64,000 bases of DNA from Spartobacteria bacterium (GTDB lineage Bacteria > Verrucomicrobiota > Verrucomicrobiia > Chthoniobacterales > UBA6821), in NCBI GenBank assembly GCA_947471565.1, contig CANIVT010000001.1:132612-196611 (forward strand), read 5' to 3'. How positions within the stretch are numbered: position 1 is the stretch's first letter; each line of letters opens with the position of its first letter. A program made the position numbers and the translations under genes. The notes under the pieces were generated by a model. That model made no database searches. It saw only the letters and a list, made by a program, of their open reading frames with translations, and had not been told where the DNA came from. Positions 45,611 through 55,382 of this stretch are shown here, piece by piece.

Positions 45611-46368
45611 GATGTCGGTGAGGAAAGTTTGCTGCGGAGACGGGGTGACCTGCGAAGGCCGTTGGCGAAAAGAAGCCCCCAGACCATCAGGAGGGCCTCG
45701 ACCACGATCTTTTTGGACATCTTGGAGGTTCCCTCGACGCGGTCGGCAAAAATGATCGGCACTTCGGCGATAAGGAGTCCGCTCTTCCAGACCCGGTGGT
45801 TCATCTCGACCTGAAAGCCGTAGCCGTTGGATCTGATGCTGCTCAGGTTGATCGCTTCAAGTGTTTGCCGTCGCCAGCACTTGAAGCCGCCGGTCGGATC
45901 CCAGATGTCCATACCCGTGATCCACTTCACGTAATAGGAGGCACCAACGCTCAGCACGAGGCGATTCAGGGGCCAGTTAATGACGCGGATGCCACCCACG
46001 TACCGTGATCCGATCGCGAGATCGGCTCCCGTACGGCGGATCCCGGCGATGAGTTTGGGGACATCCTCGGGTGAGTGGGAAAAATCCGCGTCCATCTGGA
46101 TGACCAGGTCGTAACCTCGGGAGACAGCCCAGTCGAATCCAGCCACATAGGCGCGACCCAAGCCGTTTTTTGCGGTTCGGGCCAGCAGGTGGAGTCGCGG
46201 TTCCGCCGCGGCTTTCTCGGCAACCCATTCGCCTGTTCCGTCCGGTGATCCGTCGTCGACGACCAGAATCTCGATCCCGTCGGGCAATGCAAGAAGCCTC
46301 TCCACCATTTTAGGCAGATTGTCCCTCTCGTTATAGGTGGGGATGACGGCGATGATTCTCTCTGACAT
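45607..46368 (-). CDS. polyprenol-phosphate mannosyltransferase (GT2, Dpm1/Ppm1-like)
   Basis: IIAVIPTYNERDNLP, VVDDGSPDGT and QMDADFSH. The stop overlaps the downstream start (ATGA). Confidence 0.75.
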   Translation of the reverse strand: MSERIIAVIPTYNERDNLPKMVERLLALPDGIEILVVDDGSPDGTGEWVAEKAAAEPRLHLLARTAKNGLGRAYVAGFDWAVSRGYDLVIQMDADFSHSPEDVPKLIAGIRRTGADLAIGSRYVGGIRVINWPLNRLVLSVGASYYVKWITGMDIWDPTGGFKCWRRQTLEAINLSSIRSNGYGFQVEMNHRVWKSGLLIAEVPIIFADRVEGTSKMSKKIVVEALLMVWGLLFANGLRRSPRLRSKLSSPTS

Positions 46369-46454
46369 GGCTGGGGAAAAGGGGCTGAAGAAAAGAGTAG
46401 GCGATCAAACTAATCCAGAGATGGCCTCCGTCGAGTGTCAAAAACAGGGGGAAA

Positions 46455-47990
46455 TCAGGGGGTTGGCGTCGCTTCATTCGGAAGAGCACACTTTTCCGAG
46501 GGAATACCATAACGGGCCATCAGATGAGCCTCCTCAGAGTCCAGGCTGTCTGCCTCTAGGAAGATGGAACCGACGCCGCCGGCCAGATCGATTCGGTGAA
46601 ACCTTCCAAGGGGATGTTTCCTTGCCTCGGCAACATCCGAGAGAGAGTTGATCGGAACGCCATTAATCTTCTCCACATGATGGTTTTTGAGGTGCTCCGC
46701 CCCCAACGTTTGTTCTGAGGGAAGAACGCCGGAGAGGATCACATAACGATTCCGGTTACCTGTCTCCTCGTTCTGGAAGACATCAAGTGCCACGAGGTTC
46801 TGGGGCGCTTCGGATGGCCAGTTGTTACCCCATTCGCGGAGATAGGGGCGTGAAAGTTCCTGAAGAAGGAGCCCCCCATAGAAGGTGTACGGCACGGTTT
46901 TGCCCTCGAGCAGGGCGGGTGAGATCTCCGTTTCCGGGGTCCTTCCCTCCAGGATCAGGGTGGCAGTGCCCGTTGATCCGTGCCCTTTGCCGTCTGGACG
47001 GAAATAGCCTACCTCGAGTCGATCCCCCGGGGCTGATCCCATGCTCACAAGGTTGCCAAAGCAGGTTTTCCCGAAAACCGGATCTTCGTAGTTCCCCTCT
47101 GCATCGATCGCCTTGCCCCCCAGTGTCAGGATGACATCCCCTTTTTTGAGGCCGGCCTTCTCTGCCGGTCCTTTCCGGTCGGGGGCGATCGCGACGCCTC
47201 CCTGGTCCTTGCTTAATCCGAACCATTCCCGAAGTGTCGCGCCACGTAAGGGAGCCCAGATGATGCCGGCACGCGCGAGCCCCCGGAAGCCGGGTTTCGA
47301 GGCCTCCCTGAGAAAACGTTCAATCAACGGGGAGGGAATAATGTCGGCGGCCTGAGTCCTCGGGTCGTAGCGCATGACGAGTCCAGCCAGTTTGCCCTCG
47401 TGGAGCGCGGGAATTTCGTAGCTTCCGTCTCGCTGGGGAATGGTCGTCGTGATGCGGTACATCAGGTAGGAGTTGCCGGAGGGATAGGAACCGAGCGCCG
47501 CCGTCGTGATGGAGGCGGTGCTGAGGGCTGCGGAACCGTTGCCTTCCAACTGCAGGATCTTCAGGGTTGTTCCGGCGGGGAGAGGGCCATCGAGGGCAAG
47601 TGCCCTGCGATCCTTCAGGATCTCTTCTCCGGAAGGGCGGAGAATTGCCAGATTGCACTCCTCATCCACCGCCTCGACGGTTGCGGTGGAATGGACCTTC
47701 TTGTCCGGCGTCTCAAGATCGATGCAGGTGGTGTGGGCAGCCATGTCGGCCGTCACCAGGATTCGTCCCCCGGAAATGATGGTTCCTAGTCCCTCACGGG
47801 TGAAGGGCTGCTTCTTCAGCCAGGGTCGCTTGACGTCGGGATACTGGACCGTCGAGTGCACCCTGAGGACAGAATTGCCGGGGGTGTCTCCGATGAAGGG
47901 GATGTCTAGTGACCAGTGGCACCCGCAGAGAAGAAGGGATGCGGTGAAAACCGTTGCGGCGGCGATCTGTCTCGAGGAATAAGAAACCAT
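46455..47990 (-). CDS. Deg/S1C-like lipoprotein with PDZ region, catalytic His and Asp replaced (probable pseudoprotease)
   Basis: Lipobox LLLCGC from the ATG at 47990. It aligns with the upstream protease, but TNAHVV becomes TADMAA and DCDLAMI becomes ECNLAIL. Confidence 0.55.
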   Translation of the reverse strand: MVSYSSRQIAAATVFTASLLLCGCHWSLDIPFIGDTPGNSVLRVHSTVQYPDVKRPWLKKQPFTREGLGTIISGGRILVTADMAAHTTCIDLETPDKKVHSTATVEAVDEECNLAILRPSGEEILKDRRALALDGPLPAGTTLKILQLEGNGSAALSTASITTAALGSYPSGNSYLMYRITTTIPQRDGSYEIPALHEGKLAGLVMRYDPRTQAADIIPSPLIERFLREASKPGFRGLARAGIIWAPLRGATLREWFGLSKDQGGVAIAPDRKGPAEKAGLKKGDVILTLGGKAIDAEGNYEDPVFGKTCFGNLVSMGSAPGDRLEVGYFRPDGKGHGSTGTATLILEGRTPETEISPALLEGKTVPYTFYGGLLLQELSRPYLREWGNNWPSEAPQNLVALDVFQNEETGNRNRYVILSGVLPSEQTLGAEHLKNHHVEKINGVPINSLSDVAEARKHPLGRFHRIDLAGGVGSIFLEADSLDSEEAHLMARYGIPSEKCALPNEATPTP

Positions 47991-47994
47991 GGCA

Positions 47995-49491
47995 TCAGAG
48001 GTTGCGGTCCGAGGCGATTCCATAGTTTTTCATGATCCGGGGATTCGCTGAGAGGACATCCGTCCGCCTCAGGACAATCGGGAGTCCGATTCCCTCCAGC
48101 ATGATGACATCATGCTTTGCCGGTTGGGCGAAGGCTGCGGCGACGTCCCCAAGCGAGCGGATCGTGACACCATTAATCGTATCCACGATGCCTGTCCTGA
48201 GTCCGTCGCAGTCAGCATTCACGGGATCGGGAAGGATTCTGCTGAGCACGACATACTCCGGACGCTTCAGGTAGAGATGGCGTTCCACAAACTCGTCGAA
48301 TGTCCTGCTGATGCGGAGGTCACTGTTTCCGATCATCTCGACGAGATTGCGGTCGAGAGGTTGGAAAAGGAGTCCTCCATGCAACAGGTATCGGGGAGCC
48401 GTGTCATAGGCCTTGGATTGCATCCGGAAGGGCCATGTTCCCTTAAGGGGGAACTCGACCACGATCCGTTTCCCGTCCCTGAGCACGTCGAAGCGGACTT
48501 TATCACCGTCAAATTTCCTTTCCACGACCTCCGTCATGTCGACCGACTCGCCGTCAAGATCGACGCGACCGTCGCAGGCGACCGGATGCCCGTCGATGGA
48601 GAGCAAGACGTCATCCTTGCGTAGAAATCCGTTGGCCGACCCCTTCTCGTGAACATCGGTGACGAGGACGCCCGCATTTTCCAAGGGCACGCCCAGGGCC
48701 TTCCTGGCCGTGGGACTCAGCAGTGGGGCGATCCCCACGGCGAGGTCGGTATAGCCTGTGTAGCTCCCTTTGGAGAGATCCTGAAGAAAGCGTTTGATGA
48801 CCGGCGTGGGGATCATGAACCCGACATTCTGGGCGACATCTCCGGAGTATCCCTGGAAGGCGACACCGACGACCTTGCCATCCTGCAGCACCGGGCCGCC
48901 ACTGTTGCCTGGATTGATCGCCGCATCGATCTGGATAGCGAGGTGGGAGTCGACTCCAGAGTGCGTGTAGAGTTCGCTGTCGATGCGCGAAACGATCCCG
49001 CGGGTCACGCTGATGCGCTCTCCGCCAAGAGGATAGCCATAAACACTGACCGCGCTCTCAAGCGGGGGAACGCCTCCAAGGGCGAGGGGGCGTGTCCCCT
49101 CGAAGAAAGCCGGATCCTCTACCGCGATCATTGCCAGGTCGCAGTCATGGCCGATGAATTCGGCCCGGGCACGGAAGGGATGGTTCACGCCTTCGCGTGT
49201 CACCGTGATGAAGCGGGCATTGCTTACCACATGGGCGTTGGTGACGATCCTCTTGCCCCGACCGGGAATCTCGAGAATGAATCCCGAGCCGATCCCTCCG
49301 GCAACACGGCCGGCATTCCATGGCGAGCGGTAGTCTGGGGTCTGGTCGGCCACCTCGATCCGCACGACGCTTGCAGCGAAGGCTGGGAACGGTGATTTTT
49401 TCGATCCTTCCTCTGCGGCAGGAGCCTTTGATTGGACACATGGGATCCCGAGCAGAAGGAAAAGCAGGCAGATGACCCTGAAGAAACGCAT
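47995..49491 (-). CDS. trypsin-like (S1C/Deg-type) serine protease with PDZ domains
   Basis: Signal peptide. The catalytic triad context is intact: IVTNAHVV, DCDLAMI and NPGNSGGPVL. Confidence 0.75.
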   Translation of the reverse strand: MRFFRVICLLFLLLGIPCVQSKAPAAEEGSKKSPFPAFAASVVRIEVADQTPDYRSPWNAGRVAGGIGSGFILEIPGRGKRIVTNAHVVSNARFITVTREGVNHPFRARAEFIGHDCDLAMIAVEDPAFFEGTRPLALGGVPPLESAVSVYGYPLGGERISVTRGIVSRIDSELYTHSGVDSHLAIQIDAAINPGNSGGPVLQDGKVVGVAFQGYSGDVAQNVGFMIPTPVIKRFLQDLSKGSYTGYTDLAVGIAPLLSPTARKALGVPLENAGVLVTDVHEKGSANGFLRKDDVLLSIDGHPVACDGRVDLDGESVDMTEVVERKFDGDKVRFDVLRDGKRIVVEFPLKGTWPFRMQSKAYDTAPRYLLHGGLLFQPLDRNLVEMIGNSDLRISRTFDEFVERHLYLKRPEYVVLSRILPDPVNADCDGLRTGIVDTINGVTIRSLGDVAAAFAQPAKHDVIMLEGIGLPIVLRRTDVLSANPRIMKNYGIASDRNL

Positions 49492-49579
49492 GGATTACGG
49501 AGTTTCATGCGCTCCCGTCCGTTCTGCAACCCCAAGAATCCCATTGCGCACTACCCGTCTCATCCCCTTTCATCCTGCC

Positions 49580-50242
49580 GTGCAATCATCATGGGGAGTT
49601 CTTTTCGACTGGGACGGCGTCATCATCGACTCCTCCTCCCAGCATGAGCGTTCCTGGGAACTTCTTGCCGCAGAGGAGGGGCTTACCCTTCCCGAAGGGC
49701 ATTTTAAGGCGGGCTTCGGTAAAAAGAACGAGGTCATCATCCCGGCTCTCGGTTGGACGCAGGACCCTGTCGAGGTGACACGCCTTGCCGACCGCAAGGA
49801 GGAACTCTACAGGGAGTTGGTTGCGGCCGAGGGTGTGCTGGTCCTTCCCGGGGCAAGGGAACTTCTCTCGGCACTTCAGGAGGAAGGGATTCCCCGTGCC
49901 GTGGGATCAAGCACCCCGCGTGGTAATTTGGATACACTCTTTACCGTCACTGGTCTGGACGTCCTGTTCGATGCGGTGGTCTGTGGCAGTGACGTGACCC
50001 ATGGCAAACCCGACCCCGAGGTCTTTTTGAAAGGAGCGGCCTGCCTTAACCTCAGTCCCGGGCAATGCATTGTCGTGGAGGATGCCTTTGCTGGAATCGA
50101 AGCCGCACGCCGCGGCGGGATGAAGGTTGTCGGTGTCGCCACGACCAATCCGTTGGAATCCCTTCTCGATTGTGATCTCGCCGTGACCACGCTCTCCGAG
50201 GTTTCGCCTTCCCGTCTGGCAGGACTCTTTTCAGCCCAGTAA
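49580..50242 (+). CDS. HAD-superfamily hydrolase (beta-phosphoglucomutase family)
   Basis: GVLFDWDGVIIDS (DxDG motif), GSSTPR, and VVEDAFAGIEAARRGGM. GTG at 49580 is chosen because the upstream in-frame part overlaps the divergent protease start region. The start is uncertain. Confidence 0.6.
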   Translation: MQSSWGVLFDWDGVIIDSSSQHERSWELLAAEEGLTLPEGHFKAGFGKKNEVIIPALGWTQDPVEVTRLADRKEELYRELVAAEGVLVLPGARELLSALQEEGIPRAVGSSTPRGNLDTLFTVTGLDVLFDAVVCGSDVTHGKPDPEVFLKGAACLNLSPGQCIVVEDAFAGIEAARRGGMKVVGVATTNPLESLLDCDLAVTTLSEVSPSRLAGLFSAQ

Positions 50243-51558
50243 TGCAGAGCAACGACGTCTTTCAGCCCCTTTTCGTTACCGAACAGATACTCGGTATCTT
50301 CCTGGTTCTGGTCATCTTGATTCTTCTTGGTGGGATCTGCGTCCTCTCCGATGTGGTCCTCCTCAAGCGACGCGGCGACTCCGAGGGGATTTCCTCCTTC
50401 CTTGGAACGGGTTCCCGTCCCAGACCCGGACTACGCCTTGCCTCCGTATTCCTTTTCACACTCTCCTCGATCCTGACAGCCAGGGGGCTTCTTTCCCTGC
50501 CACCTCTTTCCTCTCCCGGGGTTTCGGCCATCGCCATCGGCATAGCTGCCACGGCTCTCTCCTTCCTGATCCTGCTGTTTGGAATCCTGCTACCCCGTGC
50601 ACTCGGAGAGGTCTTCCATGACGCTCTACCGGTCCGTGCGCTTGCCAAATCCGCACGTTGGCTAACTATCTGGATCGATCCGCTGGCCGAGTTGGGATGG
50701 TCTTTTGTGGCAGCGATTCTTGCCATGATGGGGATCGACCCCAAGCGCACCGCCGAGCAGAGCGAGGAGGAGGTACTCCAGATCCTCGACGAGGGGCTCG
50801 AGTCCGGGGCTTTCGACCGTGTCGAAAAGGAGATGGTGGAGGGGGTGCTCGATCTTGACGAGCAGTCAGCCGCGGAGCTCATGACACCTCGATCCCGCGT
50901 CACCTGGCTCGATCTGGACGAACCCGACGAGGTGAACTGGCGCCGGATCGCCGGAGCAGGGCATTCCGACTATCCCGTCTTTCAGGGAACCCATGACAAC
51001 ATCCGCGGCATCGTCTCGGTGAAATCCCTTTGGGCAAATGTCTCCATGACCGGATCCGTCCGCCTGGTCGATGTTCTCAATCCTCCGCTCTTCGTTCCCG
51101 CCACGATGACGGCCACCCGCCTTATCGAAGAGTTCCGGAAAATCCGACGCCATGTCGCACTTGTCGTGGACGAGTTTGGGGTCGTCGAGGGGATGGTCAC
51201 GCTCAAGGACGTCGTCGAAGCAATCGTCGGGAGATTGCCCGAGCGAGGTGTGCGCCAGCACTACCCCGAGATCATCCGACGCGACGACGACAGCTGGCTG
51301 GTCGATGCCCAGGTCGACTTCGAGGAAACGGCCCGCGAGATCGGTCTCGATCTTCCGGGCGAGGATGAAGCGGAGAATCGTTTTCAGACCATCGGCGGCT
51401 TCGTCCTTCACCACCTCGGTCACATTCCCGAGGAGGGGGAAAAAGTCGATTGGAAGTCCTTTCGCTTTGAGATCGTCTCCATGGAGCGCCAGCGCATCGA
51501 CAAACTTCTCATCACCCGATCAGCGCCTCCTGAGGAAGTCGGCACGACAACGGATTGA
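50242..51558 (+). CDS. CNNM/hemolysin-family protein (DUF21 - CBS pair - CorC_HlyC)
   Basis: N-terminal TM domain, ELMTPRSRVTWLD, a CBS pair, and C-terminal GGFVLHHLGHIPEEGEKV. Confidence 0.75.
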   Translation: MQSNDVFQPLFVTEQILGIFLVLVILILLGGICVLSDVVLLKRRGDSEGISSFLGTGSRPRPGLRLASVFLFTLSSILTARGLLSLPPLSSPGVSAIAIGIAATALSFLILLFGILLPRALGEVFHDALPVRALAKSARWLTIWIDPLAELGWSFVAAILAMMGIDPKRTAEQSEEEVLQILDEGLESGAFDRVEKEMVEGVLDLDEQSAAELMTPRSRVTWLDLDEPDEVNWRRIAGAGHSDYPVFQGTHDNIRGIVSVKSLWANVSMTGSVRLVDVLNPPLFVPATMTATRLIEEFRKIRRHVALVVDEFGVVEGMVTLKDVVEAIVGRLPERGVRQHYPEIIRRDDDSWLVDAQVDFEETAREIGLDLPGEDEAENRFQTIGGFVLHHLGHIPEEGEKVDWKSFRFEIVSMERQRIDKLLITRSAPPEEVGTTTD

Positions 51559-51624
51559 GTGATCCGGAGTGAAGCCTTCGTTGCCCTTCCTCAAGGGCTC
51601 TGCTATTGAGGATCGCGTTCCAAG

Positions 51625-51696
51625 ACCCCGTAGTTCAACGGATAGAATAGAGGTTTCCTAAACCTTTGATGGTGGTTCGATTCCACCCGGGGTCAT
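51625..51696 (+). tRNA. tRNA-Arg (anticodon CCU)
   Basis: Acceptor stem: GACCCCG/CGGGGTC. D arm: GTTC-AACGGATA-GAAT. Anticodon arm: GAGGT-TTCCTAA-ACCTT. T arm: GGTGG-TTCGATT-CCACC. Discriminator: A. Confidence 0.88.
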
Positions 51697-51781
51697 TTTC
51701 TTACGCAAATCGTCATTTCCTGCATGACGTGCTCCATTCTTCAGCTAGAGTCTGCGGCCCGCGTAGCCCGTTTTTTTCCTC

Positions 51782-52513
51782 ATGCTCCTCTGTATCGACT
51801 TCCAACCCGCCTATGAGGAGGCGTTTGCGCATCTGCTCGATCCGTTGAGGGAGCGGATCATGAAGGCTGTCCGGGATGGTGAGGAGGTTCATTTCATCTA
51901 CAATGATATCCTCTCTCTGGAAGGTGAGGAACTTGGGGATTCTCCGGAGCGTCTGATCTCCTGGTGCGTGCAACAGGGGCTTCCGGTGGGGCATCTGAAG
52001 TTGATCCGAAAGAACTTCGGCTGGGTTTCCCATCTCTTTCGCTCAGGACATGAACGGACGGTGGCGACCATGATCCTGAGGCACCTCATGGTGGAAGGGG
52101 CGGAAGGGGGTGAGGGGATCGCGGATAGTTCCAAGATCTCGAGACCCATTCTGGAGCGGATCGTGGCCGCCTCTCACGAGGACTTCGAGGGCTTCTGGGA
52201 CTGCTCGCCCGACGCTTGGAATGAGATGCTCACGGGTGCTGTCGCCATGCCGTACCTCTTTGAAGGTGGGATGGTTCCCTGGTTGAAGTCACTGGACGGC
52301 TGCATTCCTGAAATCGCCGGAGGATTTCGACACCGATGTCTCGACGAGATGTGCATGATGCTCGAGGCGTACGGCATCCCCTATCGGAACAATGATTCCC
52401 TGATCTATGGTGTTCCTGAGGAGGATCCTGAGACTGTTGAGCCCTCTTGGCGGGAGTGCGAATTCATTTCCCCGAGTCTGTTTCCTTTGACCGCTGCCGG
52501 GATCGCGGCCTGA
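51782..52513 (+). CDS. hypothetical protein (weak isochorismatase/cysteine-hydrolase-like features)
   Basis: 243-aa ORF. The N-terminus MLLCIDFQPAY and the later IAGGFRHRCLDE recall the D...K...C layout of cysteine hydrolases. The similarity is weak and unverified. Confidence 0.4.
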   Translation: MLLCIDFQPAYEEAFAHLLDPLRERIMKAVRDGEEVHFIYNDILSLEGEELGDSPERLISWCVQQGLPVGHLKLIRKNFGWVSHLFRSGHERTVATMILRHLMVEGAEGGEGIADSSKISRPILERIVAASHEDFEGFWDCSPDAWNEMLTGAVAMPYLFEGGMVPWLKSLDGCIPEIAGGFRHRCLDEMCMMLEAYGIPYRNNDSLIYGVPEEDPETVEPSWRECEFISPSLFPLTAAGIAA

Positions 52514-52562
52514 TCAAACAAATCAAGCGCAAATCAAGCCGAGTCAGGGAAAAGGGTTGGTG

Positions 52563-52994
52563 TCAGAGATAGCGGATGACGAAATATTTACTGACTTCCT
52601 GTTCGATGGGCGCGGTCATCAGATCCGTTCCTGAGCTGAGCTGAGTGGCGTTGCCTGGTGCCCGCCATCGCATCCCACGGCGGTCGAATTTCAGGATCAA
52701 GGCATCTCCTCCATGCTGTTTGGCGAGCGAGGCGATCTGGTAGTGCTTGGCGCACATGGCGAGCATGCCGAAGGGACGATTATCGGTGATCAGTCCGATG
52801 ACTTCGAATTTTCGGTGAGGGAGCCCTGCTGTCCAGAGATCGATGCCATGGAGGGAGGTCTTTTCTCCACCCGCGCCGGTCATCAGTGCAGTCCGGGCAA
52901 AGTCATGGTATTCGGTGGCACATCCCGGAAGCAGGGCCATCAGGGCCACGAGCAGAATCATCCGCACGGGATGGACTGAATTCCGTTCGGACAT
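52563..52994 (-). CDS. hypothetical lipoprotein
   Basis: 143 aa with a signal and lipobox (LMALLPGC). No family recognised. Confidence 0.5.
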   Translation of the reverse strand: MSERNSVHPVRMILLVALMALLPGCATEYHDFARTALMTGAGGEKTSLHGIDLWTAGLPHRKFEVIGLITDNRPFGMLAMCAKHYQIASLAKQHGGDALILKFDRRGMRWRAPGNATQLSSGTDLMTAPIEQEVSKYFVIRYL

Positions 52995-53012
52995 GCGGCG
53001 GTTGTCCTTGCC

Positions 53013-54122
53013 TTAGTATGTCTCGACCGGGGAACGCTTGCCGTCCTCGGGACTGCGCTGGGCTGCCTGCTCGGCGCCGAGTGTGGCCACGCGCAAATCC
53101 CAGACGCCTTGGTCGAGTTTCCGAAAGGCTTCTTCACTGAAGGGAGTGGGGGAGGCAAGCTTGGCTTTGAATGCGGCGATTGATGCATAGGCGCGTTCCA
53201 GTTGGTCGGCAGGGCAGGTTTCCAGCACTTTGGCTGCCTGCTCGGCGAGTTCCGTCCGGTGGCAGATCATCAGGAGATCATTGCCAGCGGCGAGTCCGAG
53301 TCGGATCATCTCGTCGAATCCGTAGTGGTTCAGGATCGCTCCCATGTCGAGGTCGTCCGTCATGACGAGGCCGCGGAATCCCATCTCCTCCTTCAAGAGC
53401 TTGGTGGTGATGGCGGGTGCCAGGGAGGCGGGGATGCCAGAGAGATCTAGTTCGGAGAAAGCGATGTGCCCAATCATCATGCTGTCGACGGGATTCTCTC
53501 CGGTGCAGAAGCGCCGGAACACCTTCAGCTCATGGGCCTCGAGTTCCGTGCGCGGGCGGGGGAGAGCGGAGAGTTCGTGATGAGGGTCGCTGTCAGCGCA
53601 GGAATAGCCGGGGAAGTGCTTGCCGCAGGAGAGGACGCCGGTTTTGCGCAGTGCCTCGTTGAAGACACCCGCCATCTCGATCACCTGATCGGCGTTTGTT
53701 CCGTAGCAGCGGCCGCGCAAGGAGTTGTCGGCCTCATCGTCGAAGGCGATGTCGAGCACGGGGCAGAGGTCGAGGTTGAAACCAAAAAGACGCAGTAGAT
53801 CCCCGGTGAGTTCCCCATGACGGGCGATGAGCGTGAGGTCCCCCTTATCGCGGAGTTGGCGGGCGTTTGGAGGCTCGTTTCCGAGGAGCTTGAGACGGGA
53901 GACGCGTCCCCCTTCCTGATCGATGGTGATGATCGGCTCGATCTCGCTGAGCTCGCGGAGGCGGTCGGTGAGAGCCCTGAGTTGTGAGGGGCTCTGGATG
54001 TTGCGACCGAAGAGGATGAAGCCTCCCGGCTGGATCCTGCGGACGAAGTCTGCGTAGGCCTCGTCGATTTCGTAGCCAGGGACACCGAGGAGGAGAAGTT
54101 GACCGGGAGAGGGGCATTTCAT
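53013..54122 (-). CDS. nagZ: GH3 beta-N-acetylhexosaminidase
   Basis: IDQEGGRVSRL, KHFPGY and MTDDLDMGA motifs. 369 aa. Confidence 0.8.
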   Translation of the reverse strand: MKCPSPGQLLLLGVPGYEIDEAYADFVRRIQPGGFILFGRNIQSPSQLRALTDRLRELSEIEPIITIDQEGGRVSRLKLLGNEPPNARQLRDKGDLTLIARHGELTGDLLRLFGFNLDLCPVLDIAFDDEADNSLRGRCYGTNADQVIEMAGVFNEALRKTGVLSCGKHFPGYSCADSDPHHELSALPRPRTELEAHELKVFRRFCTGENPVDSMMIGHIAFSELDLSGIPASLAPAITTKLLKEEMGFRGLVMTDDLDMGAILNHYGFDEMIRLGLAAGNDLLMICHRTELAEQAAKVLETCPADQLERAYASIAAFKAKLASPTPFSEEAFRKLDQGVWDLRVATLGAEQAAQRSPEDGKRSPVETY

Positions 54123-54175
54123 AGCGTCCAGCCAACCAGATCCTTGCTTTCCTGACGAAACGATTTCTCACCACC

Positions 54176-55360
54176 ATGCGACGCCTTCTTCCACTTCTCC
54201 TATCCGCTCTTCTCCTGCCGGCTTTCCCACTTCATGCCGTGGAACTCGGAATCGATGTCCTGCAGAAGAACAATTTCGATCTCCTGCGAGGCAAGCGCGT
54301 GGGCCTTGTCACCAATCAGACCGGCGTGAACTCCTCGGGTGAGAAAACCCGTCTCATCCTCAGAAAGCACGTCAATCTGGTTGCCCTCTACACGCCTGAG
54401 CACGGACTCGACGGCACGGAGAAGGCAGGGGTTGAGATTCGCTCCCGCAAGGATCCCCTGACCGGACTCAAGGCCTGGTCCCTCTACGGCGATACGCGCA
54501 AGCCGACACCCGAGATGCTGGCGGGGATCGATGTGCTGGTCCTCGATATGCAGGATATCGGATGCCGCAGCTACACCTATATCAGCACCATGGGAAAGTG
54601 CCTTCAGGCGTGTGCGGAGCAGGGAAAGGAGTTGGTCATTCTGGACCGGCCGAATCCACTCGGGGGCAATAGGGTCGAGGGGATGGGAATCGATCCGAAG
54701 TGGATTTCTTTCGTGGGTCAGTTCCCTGTCCCTTATGTCCATGGCATGACGATGGGAGAGTTGGCTCTCATGGCCAATGCCAAGGGTTGGATGGGCCCCC
54801 GATGCAACCTGCAGGTTGTGAAGATGCGCGGTTGGTCGCGCGAGATGACCTGGCCCATGACCGGCCTGCGCTGGGTGCCGACCTCCCCGAATATTCCGCT
54901 GGCCATGTCGCCGAACTATTATGTCATCACGGGAATCGTCGGCGGACTAGCCGGGGGACTCGATCTGGGACTCTTTTCTCCAAGGGCTTTCCAGGTGCTC
55001 GGGGCGGCTTGGATGAAGCCGGGAAAGATGATCTCCTACGTGCGATCGAGGGTTCCTGGGATTGGGATTACACCCGCATCGACTTCTTCAGGTCCGGCCG
55101 TGTTGTTCGAGGCTAATCCGGCCGGAGGAGGGGATCTTACGGCAGCAGCTCTCTACACCCTGGCCGAATGCGACAAGCAGTCCCGAGGTATGATCTTCAC
55201 CAAGGCGGGAAAGAGCATGATGAACCTCTTCTACAAGGTCTACGGGAGCGACACCATCCGCAGGGATCTGGTGACCAAAGGGCCGGAGCGGATCGTTGCG
55301 TCCTGGCAGCCCTTCCTCGCTCATTTCCGATCGGAGAGGCAGCCCTTCCTGCTCTACTGA
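54176..55360 (+). CDS. DUF1343-family protein (exo-beta-N-acetylmuramidase NamZ-like)
   Basis: Signal peptide. LRGKRVGLVTNQTGV, LYTPEHGL and VLDMQDIGCRSYTY are typical of DUF1343. Divergent from nagZ. Confidence 0.7.
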   Translation: MRRLLPLLLSALLLPAFPLHAVELGIDVLQKNNFDLLRGKRVGLVTNQTGVNSSGEKTRLILRKHVNLVALYTPEHGLDGTEKAGVEIRSRKDPLTGLKAWSLYGDTRKPTPEMLAGIDVLVLDMQDIGCRSYTYISTMGKCLQACAEQGKELVILDRPNPLGGNRVEGMGIDPKWISFVGQFPVPYVHGMTMGELALMANAKGWMGPRCNLQVVKMRGWSREMTWPMTGLRWVPTSPNIPLAMSPNYYVITGIVGGLAGGLDLGLFSPRAFQVLGAAWMKPGKMISYVRSRVPGIGITPASTSSGPAVLFEANPAGGGDLTAAALYTLAECDKQSRGMIFTKAGKSMMNLFYKVYGSDTIRRDLVTKGPERIVASWQPFLAHFRSERQPFLLY

Positions 55361-55382
55361 GCAGGAAAATGAAAAAGTCAGA

